From Octopus sinensis (Eukaryota): a stretch of DNA of 64,000 nucleotides. Each line of letters begins with the position of its first letter. The stretch's first letter is position 1. The notes beneath the pieces are model-generated. The model ran no database searches. It was not told where the DNA came from and saw only the letters and a program-made list of their open reading frames with translations. The DNA lies in contig NC_043003.1 of assembly GCF_006345805.1 (NCBI RefSeq), positions 24,490,001 to 24,554,000 on the forward strand, written 5' to 3'. Of the stretch, positions 13,101 through 26,100 are shown piece by piece. A program made the translations under genes and the position numbers.

Positions 13101-16100
13101 TCTCTTATGAGAGAGGTGTAAAAACACTATATCTACCCAGTGCTTCCTCTTACCAGATTCCCAGATACGTATTTCTGGTTCTTCAGCTTTCCTAACACAC
13201 ACCTGTCTTGCAACGCAAGATTTGAAAAGTTAAATAGCTACAAGGTAACTGCAATAGTTTATTTCTTTTTACTTTTCTGAATTTTTTTAGCAAAAACTCC
13301 TTTAGCAGGAGAAGTTAGGGACAAAAAGATAAAAAAAGGAAACCCAAAACTGAACTTACTTCACATTGTGCAACTACATCACGTTCATATTTCAGCTGAT
13401 ATTGCCACATGTAGTCAGGCTGTTCCCAAGCAACTTGTCTTAGCAGCGTCATGTCGGGGTCCACACGTAACCACAAAACAGGGGAATCAGCACTAAAAAG
13501 CAATTGAAAGGATAAAAAAGAAAAATATTATCGTTGTTAAGCAATGTTGGGGGGACAAACACAGGCACAAACACACACACACACAAATATATGACAGGCT
13601 TCTTTCAGTTTCCGTCAATCCACACGGCTTTGGTCAGCCCGAGGCTATAGTAGAAGACACTTGCCCAAGGCGCCACGCAGTGGGACTGGACCCGGAACCA
13701 TGTGGGTAGACTATGGCCATGCTAGATAAAAATAATAATAATAATAATAATAATAATAATTGTGTACAGTGCTCAGGTGCACTACAACTCATCTAAAGTG
13801 TATATATAATCAGGTGTAGTTTCGGCGGATTTCGGAAAGCATGAGGGCCTTAAAAGATGCAGTGTCATGGCAGTCAACAACTGACGCAGGCAGTTTATTC
13901 CATGCTTCAGCAACTCTGAGCGTGAAAAAATGTTTCCGAAAGTCATGGGAGCTGTATTGTTTTCTGACTTTGTAGGCATGTCCACGTGTGTTAGACACAT
14001 GGAGATCAAAAAGGTGTTCAGTGTTGTTGTTGGTGAGGTGGTTGATAACTTTGTGGGTGTTTACCAAGTCCGTCGCCAAACGCCGGAGCTTCAGTGAATC
14101 CATGCCCAGGGAACCAAGGCGCTCAGAATATGGTAGGTGTCTGATGGAGGGTATGCGTTTGGTTGCACGTCTCTGGACAGATTCCAGGAGGTCAATGTTC
14201 TGTGCAAGATAGGGGTTCCAAACTGATGATGCGAATTCCAAGTGTGGTCGTACCATAGCTGTATACAGTTTTAAATAGATGGCTGGAGAGCGGCTAACAA
14301 AAGACCTGCTGAGTGATGCCAAGACACCCTCGGCCTTCCTGACAATCTTAGAGATATGCTTTGACCAACGCAAATCACTGCTGACAGTGATGTCTAGGTC
14401 ACGCTCGCAAGAGGATTTCTTGATATCAGTGTTGTGGAGGGAGTATGTGAACGCAGGGTTTTTTCTCCCAAAATGCATGGTGGTACACTTGTCACAGCCA
14501 GTTTCTTGCCAGTTTGTGATCCATTGCTGCATTGTGTCTAGGTCTGATTGCAGGAAAGAGTTGTTAGACATCAGGATCTGTCCTCTTGATTTCAAGGTAC
14601 AGCTTGATGTCGTCTGCATATTTCAATACTGTGGCATTCTTTAAATTGGCATCTATGTCGTTAATGTATGCCACAAACAAGAGGGGACCAAGGACAGATC
14701 CCTGTGGTACACCCGATGATATCTCATATGGTGTAGAGTGCTGTCCTAGAACTGTGACTACCTCCTTTCGGCTGAGGATGAAGGATTTCAACCAGTTAAA
14801 AAGGTCATCCCCCACACCCATTGCAGAGAGTTTCACCATAAGCCTTTTGTGTGGCACAGAGTTGAAAGCCTTAGCAAAGTCAAGGTAGACAACATCCACC
14901 CATGAGCCACTGTCAGTAATCTGAGTAATGTCCTCAAGGAACTCGACCAGCTGGTTACTGCAGCTGGAGTTAGGGACAAATCCATATTGTGAGGGTCGGA
15001 TGAGACTGTGAGAGCTCCAGAAGTTCCAGAGTGTTTCTCTGACACACGATTCCATCAGTTTTGCAATACAGCTAGTGAGACTGACTGGGCGATAGTTGAC
15101 AGGTGATGTGCGGTCGCCCTTTTTGAACAGAGGAATGACACTGGCAGTTTTCCACTGCTCCGGAGTAGCACCATTGTTGAGACAGTACTGGAAGAAAATA
15201 GAAAGCTGGTGTAAAAGGAAGTGCCTGCCACGTTTGAGAAGCAGGTATGTAACTCCATCGAGACCAGGGGAGGCATAGTTGGGCTTATTTTGAAGGTGAC
15301 GTCGCAGCATTGCAGGTGTAAATTCCATAGTTGTTATGGAGTTTGCTGTTAGTGATGGTGAAGATGGTACATTTTGACTTTCAACAGTGAATATGTTTGC
15401 ATAGCACTCGGCAATGAGTTCTGCGCATTCCTTGGGGTCGTCAGTGATCTGGTTTGTGTGAGGGTTGCGAAGAGGGCCCACTGGAGAGTGAGGTCTCTGC
15501 TTTGAGTGCACATATTTCCAGAAAACCTTGCTGTCAGGATTGGCTGCTATGCACTGTTCAAATTCAAGCACTGCTTTTTTTGTCACTTGCTTGAGATGGT
15601 TGGAGGATTTATTCCGCTTCTTCCTGTTGGTGTCTGATTTATGCAACCTGTATTCCCGTTCAGCAGTCCGACGTTCCCTCCTGGCAAGTCGGACCGCTGA
15701 AGTTTCCCAAATTGCCCTTTTGGGGCGGTTCTTCTTTTTTTGTTTACGTGGCACTGATGCTGCACATGCTGCCCATATTGAGTCCAGGATACTCTGGAGT
15801 ATAGTATTCACATCTCCAGAGTTGTAGAATTCACGCCAGTTTGGGTGCTGTAGTTCAGTGTGGTACAGGTTCCAATCTGCTCTCTTCCAATCGAAGGAAG
15901 CAGATTGGAGATGGTTCAGGTTTTTGTTGCCCGCAAGAGCCAGATTGGCGATGATCATAGCATGATCAGAGTCACCTAGAGGTTCCTCCGTAGTGCAATT
16001 GATAACTGCTTCAGGAGTTGTGGTGAAGAGCAGGTCCAAGGTGTTGTCGCCTCTTGTTGGAGAGGTGACTACTTGTGACCAGTTTGAGTCCAGCACAAGC

Positions 16101-19100
16101 TCAACAAAATCGTTTGCACTCTGTGGCCAATGGAAGGTCTCCCAATCGATCTCAGGATGATTGAAATCGCCTGCAATAAACACATAAGTGGCTGTTTTCC
16201 TGGCAGCAGCTCGGAGGACATTGCAAAGCTGTGTGTCCCGATGGTAACTTGGGGGACGATAAACAACGCCAAGCAGGAGTGTTGACATGGTCATACGCAC
16301 GTCACAGAAAAAAACTTCTTCTTGTGATTCGTTCAAATTGGCACAAGGTATTACCAAAAAATTTGAACGAATGTAGACCATCACACCACCACCACAGCGG
16401 TTAGTGCGGTCCTTACGGAAGAGGTTGTACCCCGTAATGTTGAAAACCCCATCACAGAGTAAGGAATGCGCCCATGTTTCCGTGAGTGATGAAGTCAGAG
16501 TCAACACTTCTGACGTAGGCGTTGAACAAATGTATTTTGTTGCATAAACTGCGAGCATTTAAGGACAACAATTTGTACCCTGCTCGCAGTTTATGATGGT
16601 GTGTAGAGGATGGCCTTTATGATGGTGTGTAGAGGATGGCAGTTTATGATGGTTTGTTAGGGATGGCCTTTTAGTCGACCAAATCGACCCGAGGACTTAT
16701 TCTTTGTAAGCCAAGTACTTATTCTATCGGTCTCTTTTGCCAAACTGCTAAGTTACAGGAATGTAAACACACCACCATCGGTTGTTAAGCAATATTGGGG
16801 GGACAAACACATATATATATATACATATATACAACGAGCTTCTTTCAGTTTCCGTCTACCAAATCCACTCACAAGGCTTTGGTCAGTCCGAAGTTATAGT
16901 AGAAGACACTTGCCCAAGGTGCCACATAGTGGGACTGAACTCGGAAGCGTGTGGTTGGTAAGCAAGCTTTGATATATTTATAAAATAAACACAAGTATAT
17001 AATATTCTTACTCCATAGCACTGAGATCCATGTCTACTTCTTCTCCTGTCATCAACGGAATCTTCTTCTTTTTGTTTCTGGAAAATAAACAAAAATAAAT
17101 GAGTGGGGAAAACAAATTAGATATTTTTCAAACTTCCTGCAATCATCATCATCATCATCGTTTAACATCCGTTTTCCATGCTAGCATGGATTGGACGGTT
17201 CGACCGGGGTCTGGGAAGCCAGGAGGCTGCACCAGGCTCCAATCTGATCTGGCAGCCCTTCCTAACACTAACCACGCCGTGAGTGTAGTGGGTGCTTTTT
17301 ACGTGCCACCGGCACAGGTGCCAGGGGAGGCTGGCAACGGTTACGATCGGTTGGTGCTTTGTACGTGCCACTGGCACAGAAGCCAGTCAAGGCGGTGCTG
17401 GTATCGGCCATGTTCAGATGGTGCTTTTTACGTGCCACCGGCACAGGTATCACAACTACAATTTCCATTTGATTATTTTTATGTTGATGTACTTGACTCA
17501 GTAGGTCTCCTCAAGCATAGCAGGTCACCCTATGATCCAAGGTAGAGAAAAATAAATTTCAATGAATGTGCCAGAGTACTAGCATATATTAAGTAGTAAA
17601 CCTCTTGAGAATACTCTCTCAGTTTTATTAGAAATTAATTTATCATATTTGATGGTTTATAAGGCATGATTCTTTTTTGACAAAAATGTCCCAGAAAATT
17701 TGCCTGTGACTTATAAACTCATGGTTAGGCTTAAGGTTACTAGCAAATGGTGGTTCAAGACAGGGCCTGCTAAAATCAAGGAGACATTTTCTAATCTTAT
17801 ATACCTTGTAAGCTATCAAATGCAGTAGTCTTAAGCAAAGGAAAAAGACAACTGCACCACAAAATACAGTTTCAGCTGGGATATGTCTATTAAGTTATCC
17901 AACCTGCTAGAAGGAGCAGCTGTGCCTCATTCAAATTACACTACTATCTTACATACAAAAAAAATTTCTTAAAGGACACATTCAGTGATGTTGTCCAAGA
18001 AATACAATGTCGGAACTAGAAATAGGATGAAATAACTGAAGAAAGAGGCACAGTTCAAGGAGTGGGAGACAAAAGAAAAAGAACAACAATAACCACTACA
18101 ACAGCCACCACCACTGACTGTTTGCAATATGCTTTCCAGAGAATAACAAAATCTTCAGTCAACTCACCGCCGGCTTTTGGAATGGCAGGTAATCTCAAAT
18201 TTAGTTTTGTTTTCCTCAATTTTGAAATTGTGACTGAAGGAACCATCTAGTTCTTGAATGATCACAGTGAGAGGACCCTGAAATGAAATGGGGAATAAGA
18301 AATGAGACAAGAGATAGTAATAGGTTAATTAGTTGGAAAGGAATAATGTAGAATAAAACAGAGGAATTAATAGGCAAAAAAAAATGAAAACAAAAGTGTC
18401 ATGACAATAAAGGTGTCCTTTCCTGCTGTCTAAGGTCACAGATCAACCTACATCATGGCAAGAAACACAAAAGAGGGCAGCAATGTCAAACTCCCTCATT
18501 CACCAAAAGCCAATCATATAAGAATGGCCACTGGAAAGGTGATAACACTGGCAATGCCCCAGCAAGGCCACAGCCTTTTGGCTGAAATGCAGAAAAGAAT
18601 GAATATATATTCTATACATATATATATTTTTTACATACATAAATATATTTTATACATACATACATATATATATATCTAGTTTATATAAATCGCAGCATGT
18701 GTGTGAATAATGACTAACGCATGCATTTCCACAATTTTCAACCAATTTCCACCAAACTTTACACACACATTACTTATGTCCCAAAGATGGTCATGCACTA
18801 TAACATTTTGCCCAGAGCTCCTACGTAAATGGACATAGTTTTTAGTATGTAGGGTCTTCCATACTTTTTAAATCTTTTTATAAAAGTGAAAGGATTTTTA
18901 TCTATTTATTTCAACTGTCCACCTGCAACATTTATTAAATTGACTAGGAACACAGTTCACAATGAATATACAATACCAAACAATCTTAAATCTCCATACT
19001 TAAACTGCATTAAATTTTGGCAATCTTACCTTTACCTATTCTCAGTTACTTGAAAGGTGATGTTCCCAGCCCTCTCTTCTATTTGTTGATGGCTTTGTTT

Positions 19101-20144
19101 ACCGACCATTGCATTTTTTCACTTAAAGGATGCTTATTTACCCATCCATTATGATATTTTGGCTGTTGTCCATTGTTTCAAATATGTTTTAGCATTGTCA
19201 TTCTGGCCATTTTTAAACAATCACATATAATTCATTCCAAAGAATCAACATTTAAATAAGAGTTTTGGGCAGAGTTATGATGTAAGCATATGGTAAAACC
19301 CCTCATAACTTCTTTTATTTTCATGAATTTTTACAAATTTTTTTCGATTCTGTCTTCTGCATAATGGAATTAACACAATTATGCAAAAAACGAAAAATTG
19401 TAAAACCACTACATTTTGTAGTCATTATCTGTAATCTACTCTCAAAACACTTCAGTAGCTCTACTTTGCATTGCATGCAAACTTATATGTTCTATGATCA
19501 TTAAAATACAATAACATCCACGATAACCACCCTTCAATTTGATTTTCTATTCCTAGGTTAATCGGAAACATAGATTGCCGTGCTACTCATAAACCTTCTC
19601 AGTAGTTCAATTATTTAGTGACAAAAATACCACCAAAGCAACTTAACCCTTTAGTGTTTGCATTATTCTGCCCAAATTAATGCTTTTTTATCCACTTTGT
19701 CTTGAACTAATCAGGCATCATCTTGTAGCTATGAGATTTTGATGAGGTACCTGTTCATTTTTCAAACGATATTGTAGGGTTGGTGTGAGAGACCAGATCT
19801 GGCCAGTTTGAACATAAAACAGGCAGAATATTTTTGGCCGGATATGGCCGGTTTAAATACTAAAGGGTTAAACCATCCAAAAGACGGGTGCATTTGCTAG
19901 TATATTATATATCAGATGTTAAATGATGATGAGATATACATATATATATATACACAAATACACACACACACACACACACAACATATATATACATATATGT
20001 ACATATGTGTGTGTGTGTGTGTGCGTGTGTGTGTGTGCATGTGTGTGTGTGTTAGCATGGAAGGCACACATTAAATGATGATATACATTCCAACAACCAA
20101 AGAGAAGCATATATTATATTATACATAATATATATATGTATATA

Positions 20145-20183
<39 letters not shown>

Positions 20184-23100
20184 TATATATATAATATATA
20201 TATTATATATATATATATATATATATGTCTGTATGTGTATCTGTGTAAGCTACTGCATCAAACTGGGGTTCAACAACAGTGAATAATAGTTACGTGACAT
20301 CATAATAACTTACCACATATTTTAAGGATCCTTTAGCTGTATAATCTTGTTTGATTTCAAGCTCAACTACATTCCTTTTGCGGTTGAACACAAAATTCCC
20401 CATGAAGCGTGCACAGCCACTCTGACATCTGACAATGAATTAAGGACCACTGGATGTAACATTATTCTTTTACTCTTTCACTTGTTTCTGTTATTTGACC
20501 GTGGCCATGCTGGAGCACCGCCTTTTAAAAATACATAGGTTCCAGCGAGTTTTGAACTCGCGACCTTCTGCGTGTTAAGCAGATGTGATAACCACTACAC
20601 CATGGAACCACGCTGTAGTATATATATTCTGCAGTACTCTATACAATACTACAGGATATATCTATAGATTTTAGACAACGCTGTATATAATTTATAGATA
20701 TAAAAGTTTTGTCGTTATATATAGTATCATTGTGGACAAAGAGATCAGCAGGAATAATTTCAGTCCCATGTTGGAATTTTATCAACCAGAGTACCCTCTT
20801 TAACTATCTACAGAAATCCTGCTGATAAATCTACTATTTGTTGTCAGCATTAACTCCTATCTGGGTAGTAAACTTGTAACCAGTGATTGAACATCTTCAT
20901 ATTGATGGGTGCAAAGGGTGCTGGTGCCCAAGGTGGCTGTTCAGGCCAAGGGCAGTATAGAAGAGCTGGGGACATTTATCACAGGGGAGAGTTGGTGGGG
21001 GACAAGGAAGTGCGAGTTACTCTTTGTCGTCAATGTCAGATCTCTACCTTTTGATGTCAAGTCAATTCCTTCAACAATGACATGCTGCCACTTTGGGTGA
21101 CCCTTGACATCTGTCTCCTAGATATTTGAGTTAATGGAGCAGTGGAGGAGAGTGGCCCTGAGCTGGTCTCAGAAACGGAATTTGAGGGCTCTGTGCAGTC
21201 TGGTGTCTGTGGCCAACTCCATGAAAAGGAGTTGGCAGGGGAGGCACATATGAGGCATACAAATGAAGTGTCCCAACCAGCAGATGCAATGCCATGCCAC
21301 AGAGGCTTTAATGCTGGACAGTCTCAGTACTATTAATCACAAACCAAATAAATTGAATAGACTGGATAATGAAAATGATAAATATAAAGAAATGATAAAT
21401 AAATTGGATGATGATTGACTTGCATAGTCAAGACATTCCTGACAGCTAGTTCAAGTGTGCCAACTGTACATAAAACTCTTTTAGTAACAAAATCAAGGGG
21501 TTAATTCAATAAAAGGATACACCCACTGTTCAATATAAGGTTGGATATCCTTGCCAGTTACAGTTGATATTATCCTTAAAAACTGAAAAAAAAAATTAAA
21601 ATGAATTAAAATAAAATAATTTTAAAACAATACACAAACCTGCAACAGAAACAACAAAACAACCTTTTACATTTTTAATTGAAAAAATGAAAAATTATCT
21701 AAACACTTTGGATTCCAACCTGCTACAGATTGTGTCTGATTCCATGATATAAAGCTGTTTTAAAGTACATTATTTACATTATTTACAATTGATGGATATT
21801 TGTCCTCATCTTGTTTGTTGTTAACACAATGTTTCGGCTGATATACCCTCCAGCCTTCATCAGGTGTCTTGGGGAAATTTCGAAACTAGGTTCTCATTCC
21901 TAAGATATTTTTCGATGTTGTTGTTGTTATTATTATTATTATTATTATTCAGGCTACTGCCTAGAATTGAACTCAGAATCTTGGGGTTAGTAGCCCGCGC
22001 TCTTAACCACTATGCGGACAAATATCCGTCAATTGTAAATAATGTACATAATTACTCATCTCTTAAATATAGAACTGTTTTAAAGTGTTTATATTTTGAT
22101 GAAAGGTTTTCAGATCACTTTAAAATTGGAAGTTTGTATTGTCGGACCAAGGGTAGTCTCAAATGGACTGGTATCAAAAGGGATACTATGTTGTCATCAA
22201 ATGGTAGAATATTTTGTGGTGATCTAGTGAATGTACACAGCCTAGTGATTAAGAGGTCAGGTTAATAATTGTAAAGTAATGAGTTCAATTCCTGAACTGG
22301 GTGCTGTGTTGTGTAATAACATAGTGTAATGACCTGGATAAAAGCAAGCCAACAAATGAGGTCTCAATACAGTCATTTAACTTTCTAGAGATAGCAGAAA
22401 AATATCTCCCCACTCACATCCTAAAATTTAAGGAAAAGCAAAACAAATTATTAGATAATGTAATCTTAGGCATACCCTAAGAAAGGAGAAGCTGGTCATG
22501 GTTGGAATGTTTTGGGTCATAGATCTGTTCCAAGCAAACTGACCTAGGGAAGTGGTTAAATAGCAACTTAGATAAAACAGTTAAGCCTCTACCTGGTCAC
22601 CTGCCATGCTATAAATGTTGGCAAATTCCACTCAAGCCTCACTCTATCATGTTAAAGAAGGAATTGACACATTACAAAATGTAGTCCAGAATTACTGTAT
22701 ACAAGATGGACTGCTTGGTAAGGTTTGGAAAAGACCTAGAGCTATATTACAACCCTACAGTGGCCACAGTCAATCACTCAGATTAACTCAATGGGAATCC
22801 CAATTTTGCAAGCTGCACAACACCTCACTAATGTCTCAAAAGACTCAGTAGAGTAGCTGCTGTTAGGAAGGACATGCAGTTACAGAAACCCTGCAAAAGC
22901 AGAAATTGGAACACAATGCAGTCCACAGACCTGTTGGATCCTGTCTAACTATCCAATCACTGCCAGCATGGAAGATGGACATTAAAGGATGATGATGATG
23001 AGGATGATGATGGTAACAGAACTCTGTGCTAATGCAAATATTTTCTTGAATGCAATGCTTCTGTAATGCAGGTGATGCGATACCTGTTGTTGAAAGTGGA

Positions 23101-26100
23101 ATGAAATTTGTCTTGTAACTTACAGAATTTGTAGACAACAGCACGTTAGACCAGGTATTTGATCCATATTTCTGTTGAGATGCCGTAAATGCAAGTGCGA
23201 GTAATTTGTTAAAAACCTGCAAAAGAAAAAAAAAAAGAAAAAGTAAATTAATTAAATAATGAAAGAAAGAAAACAAAATTGAATATTTTTAACTTCTTTT
23301 CATACCAAACCTGCCAAGACTGTTATTGGTTTTATGATACAATCATCATCATCATCATCATCATCATAGTTTAACGTCTGCTTCCCATGCTAGCATGGGT
23401 TGGACAATTTGACTGAGGACTGGTGAATCAGATGGCTGCACCAGGCACCAATCTGATCTGGCAGAGTTTCTACAGCTGGATGCCTTTCCTAGACAACCAC
23501 TCCGAGAGTGTAGTGGGTGTTTTTACGTGCCACCGGCAAACCGGCCAGTCAGGCGGTACTGGCAACAGCCATACTCAAACGGTACCTTTTATGTGCCACC
23601 TGCATAGGAGCCAGTCCAGCGGCACTAGCAACAACCTCACTCGAATGTTTTTTCACGTGCTACCAGCACAAGTGCCAGTAAGGCGACGCAGGTAATGATC
23701 ACACTCGAATGGTGTTTTTTACGTGCCACCAGCACAGAGGCCAGCTTGTTGCTCTGGCAACGATCACACTCATATGTTACTCTTAGCACTCCACAAGCAC
23801 AGATGTCAGTCATTGAATTTGACTTCGATCAGACTCATAATTGCTTCAAATTTTGGCACAATGCCAGCAATTTTAGGAGACTATGATAAGTAAACTAGAG
23901 ACTTGACTGGTACTCTAGTTTACTGATCACAAAAGGATGAAAGGCAACAATAAGCTTGGTGGGATTTGAGCTCCGAGTGCCAGAAGAAATGCTGCTAAGC
24001 ATTTTGTCAAATATACTATTAGTTCTGCCCATTAACTGCCTTTATCAGCTTAATAATGAGAATTGAAGGTAACAACTATGTACAAGAACCAGCATCATGG
24101 GTACAGATGTGAAATGTAAACAAATCGATGCGCTGGCTGTAAAATGGTTACTATTCATAGCAGATCTTTTTTTGTATTTTGATCTGGAGGAAGGGGTTGT
24201 AGCAAAGATACTATAGGCCCTCCAAGACTGGTGAGATCCATACTGTTTATGTACCTCTTCAACAGCTGCAGGAAAAATATGGAAAAAAAAGGGAATTCCA
24301 AAGAGCTGACAGTTTGTCAGAACAAATGTGGTCATTGTTATAGTAGAAATAAAGTTCTCTTTGGTAAAGAATTTTTATTCTCGTTTATTGTAAACAGGTA
24401 TTAGACAGGAGTGCTCGACTCGTGAAAATTATCTTCTTCAACACAGGCTCAGGTGTGGTTGTATTGTTAAGAAGTTTGCTCCCCAACCACATGGTTTTGA
24501 GTTCAGTCCCACGCTACAACACTTGGGACAAGTGCCTCCTACTATAGACCAAGGCCAATGACAGTCTTATGAGAGGAGACAATAACACACAAACACACGT
24601 ATCTACAGTGTCAGTGTTACTTAAAAAGCACCTATGCCGGTGCTGCATAAATGCACCCAAGCTAGTGGCACACAAAAAGCACCCAGCACACTCTGTTAAG
24701 TGGTTGGCATTGGGAACCATAGAAACCAAACCTCAACAGACAGCCAGAGTCTGGACAGCTCTCTGCTAAGCCAGCCAGCTCCATGCCAAACTGTCCAACC
24801 CATGCCAGCATGGAAAGCAGACATTAAATGATGATGATATATGTGTGTCTGTGTGTATAAAAAGCCCCATCCGAACATGCCAGTGCCCCCTGACTGGCTC
24901 CCATGCCAGTGGCACGTAAAAAGCATTATCCAAACACGTAAAAAGCATTATCCAAACACATAAAAAGCATTATCAATGCTTTGGCTGCCTGACTGGCTCC
25001 TGTGCTGGTGGCACGTAAAAAGCACCCACTACACTACTCTCGAAATAGTTGGCATTAGGAAGGGCATCTATCTAGGAACATTGCCAGATCAGATTGGAGC
25101 CTGGTGCAGCCACTGGTTTTCCAGACCTGTCAAACCATCCAACCCATGCCAGCGTGGAAATTGGATGTTAAACAATGACAATGATGATGATCATGATACA
25201 AGCATATATACAACAGACCTTTTTCAGTTTCCATCTACTAAATCCATCTACACAAGGTTTTGGTTAAGCTGAGGATATGGCAGAGGACACATACCATGCA
25301 GTGGGACTGAACCCCAAACTATGTAGTTACAAAGCAAAGTTCTTACCACCCACACATGTCAGCACCTTATTAGTTATAATACCAGTGAACTGTGCCTGTC
25401 TATGGTTTTTATTTACAACCACAGTACTGAAGTACTGAAGAATGCCCTCAGGAAACTGAACCTTTCAGACGAGATGACAAAGGACCGAGATACCTGGTGC
25501 CTGGCCATACTCAAGAAGACCCGTACCCTGCATCAGAAGTGTTACGACCGATCCTTCTGGTTGTCTAAAGCACCCATGGTGGTGCCACATAAAAACACTC
25601 ATGTAGTGCCATGTGAAAACACCCAGTACAATCTGTAAAGTGGTTGGCATTAGGAAGGGCATTCAGCTATAGAAACCATGCCATATCAGACTGGAATCTG
25701 GTGCAGCATTCCAAACTGCAGGATTCAGCTCTGGTCACACTGTCCAACCCATTCCAGCATGAACAAGAGACATTAAATGATGATGGTGAGCCATATAGCT
25801 GGAATATTTTGACTTCGCTACATATAGAGCCCAGTTCTAGTGATGGCACATCTTTATATATAAAAGTCAAGTTGTGTGTCTGTCTCCTACGATTTAGATT
25901 CCTAACTACTCCCACATTTTGCGGTGCAGTTTAACCAAAACCGGGTATCTTATAGTCGTGATTCATATCGAGCCCTTCTGGGTATTAGCGCGCGTCTACG
26001 ATGAGTCTACGATTAAAAAAAAAATTTACCATCATTTTTTTCCATTTTAATGCATTTTTTCGCTATTATATAAGGGAAGTAACTCTCTAAAAATGTCTAC

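Larger units (their letters stand above)
20429..21520 (-). other. U12-type GT-AG intron 14 of TAF2
   Basis: Donor GTATCCTTTT (from 21520); branch GTCCTTAAT followed by tcattgtcag. Confidence 0.92.

Noticed and set aside
21948-22016. Second tRNA gene
   Set aside because: The 5' acceptor strand is missing and the stems are incomplete; treated as the head of a mobile element. The same applies to the SINE heads at 2094 and 29510.
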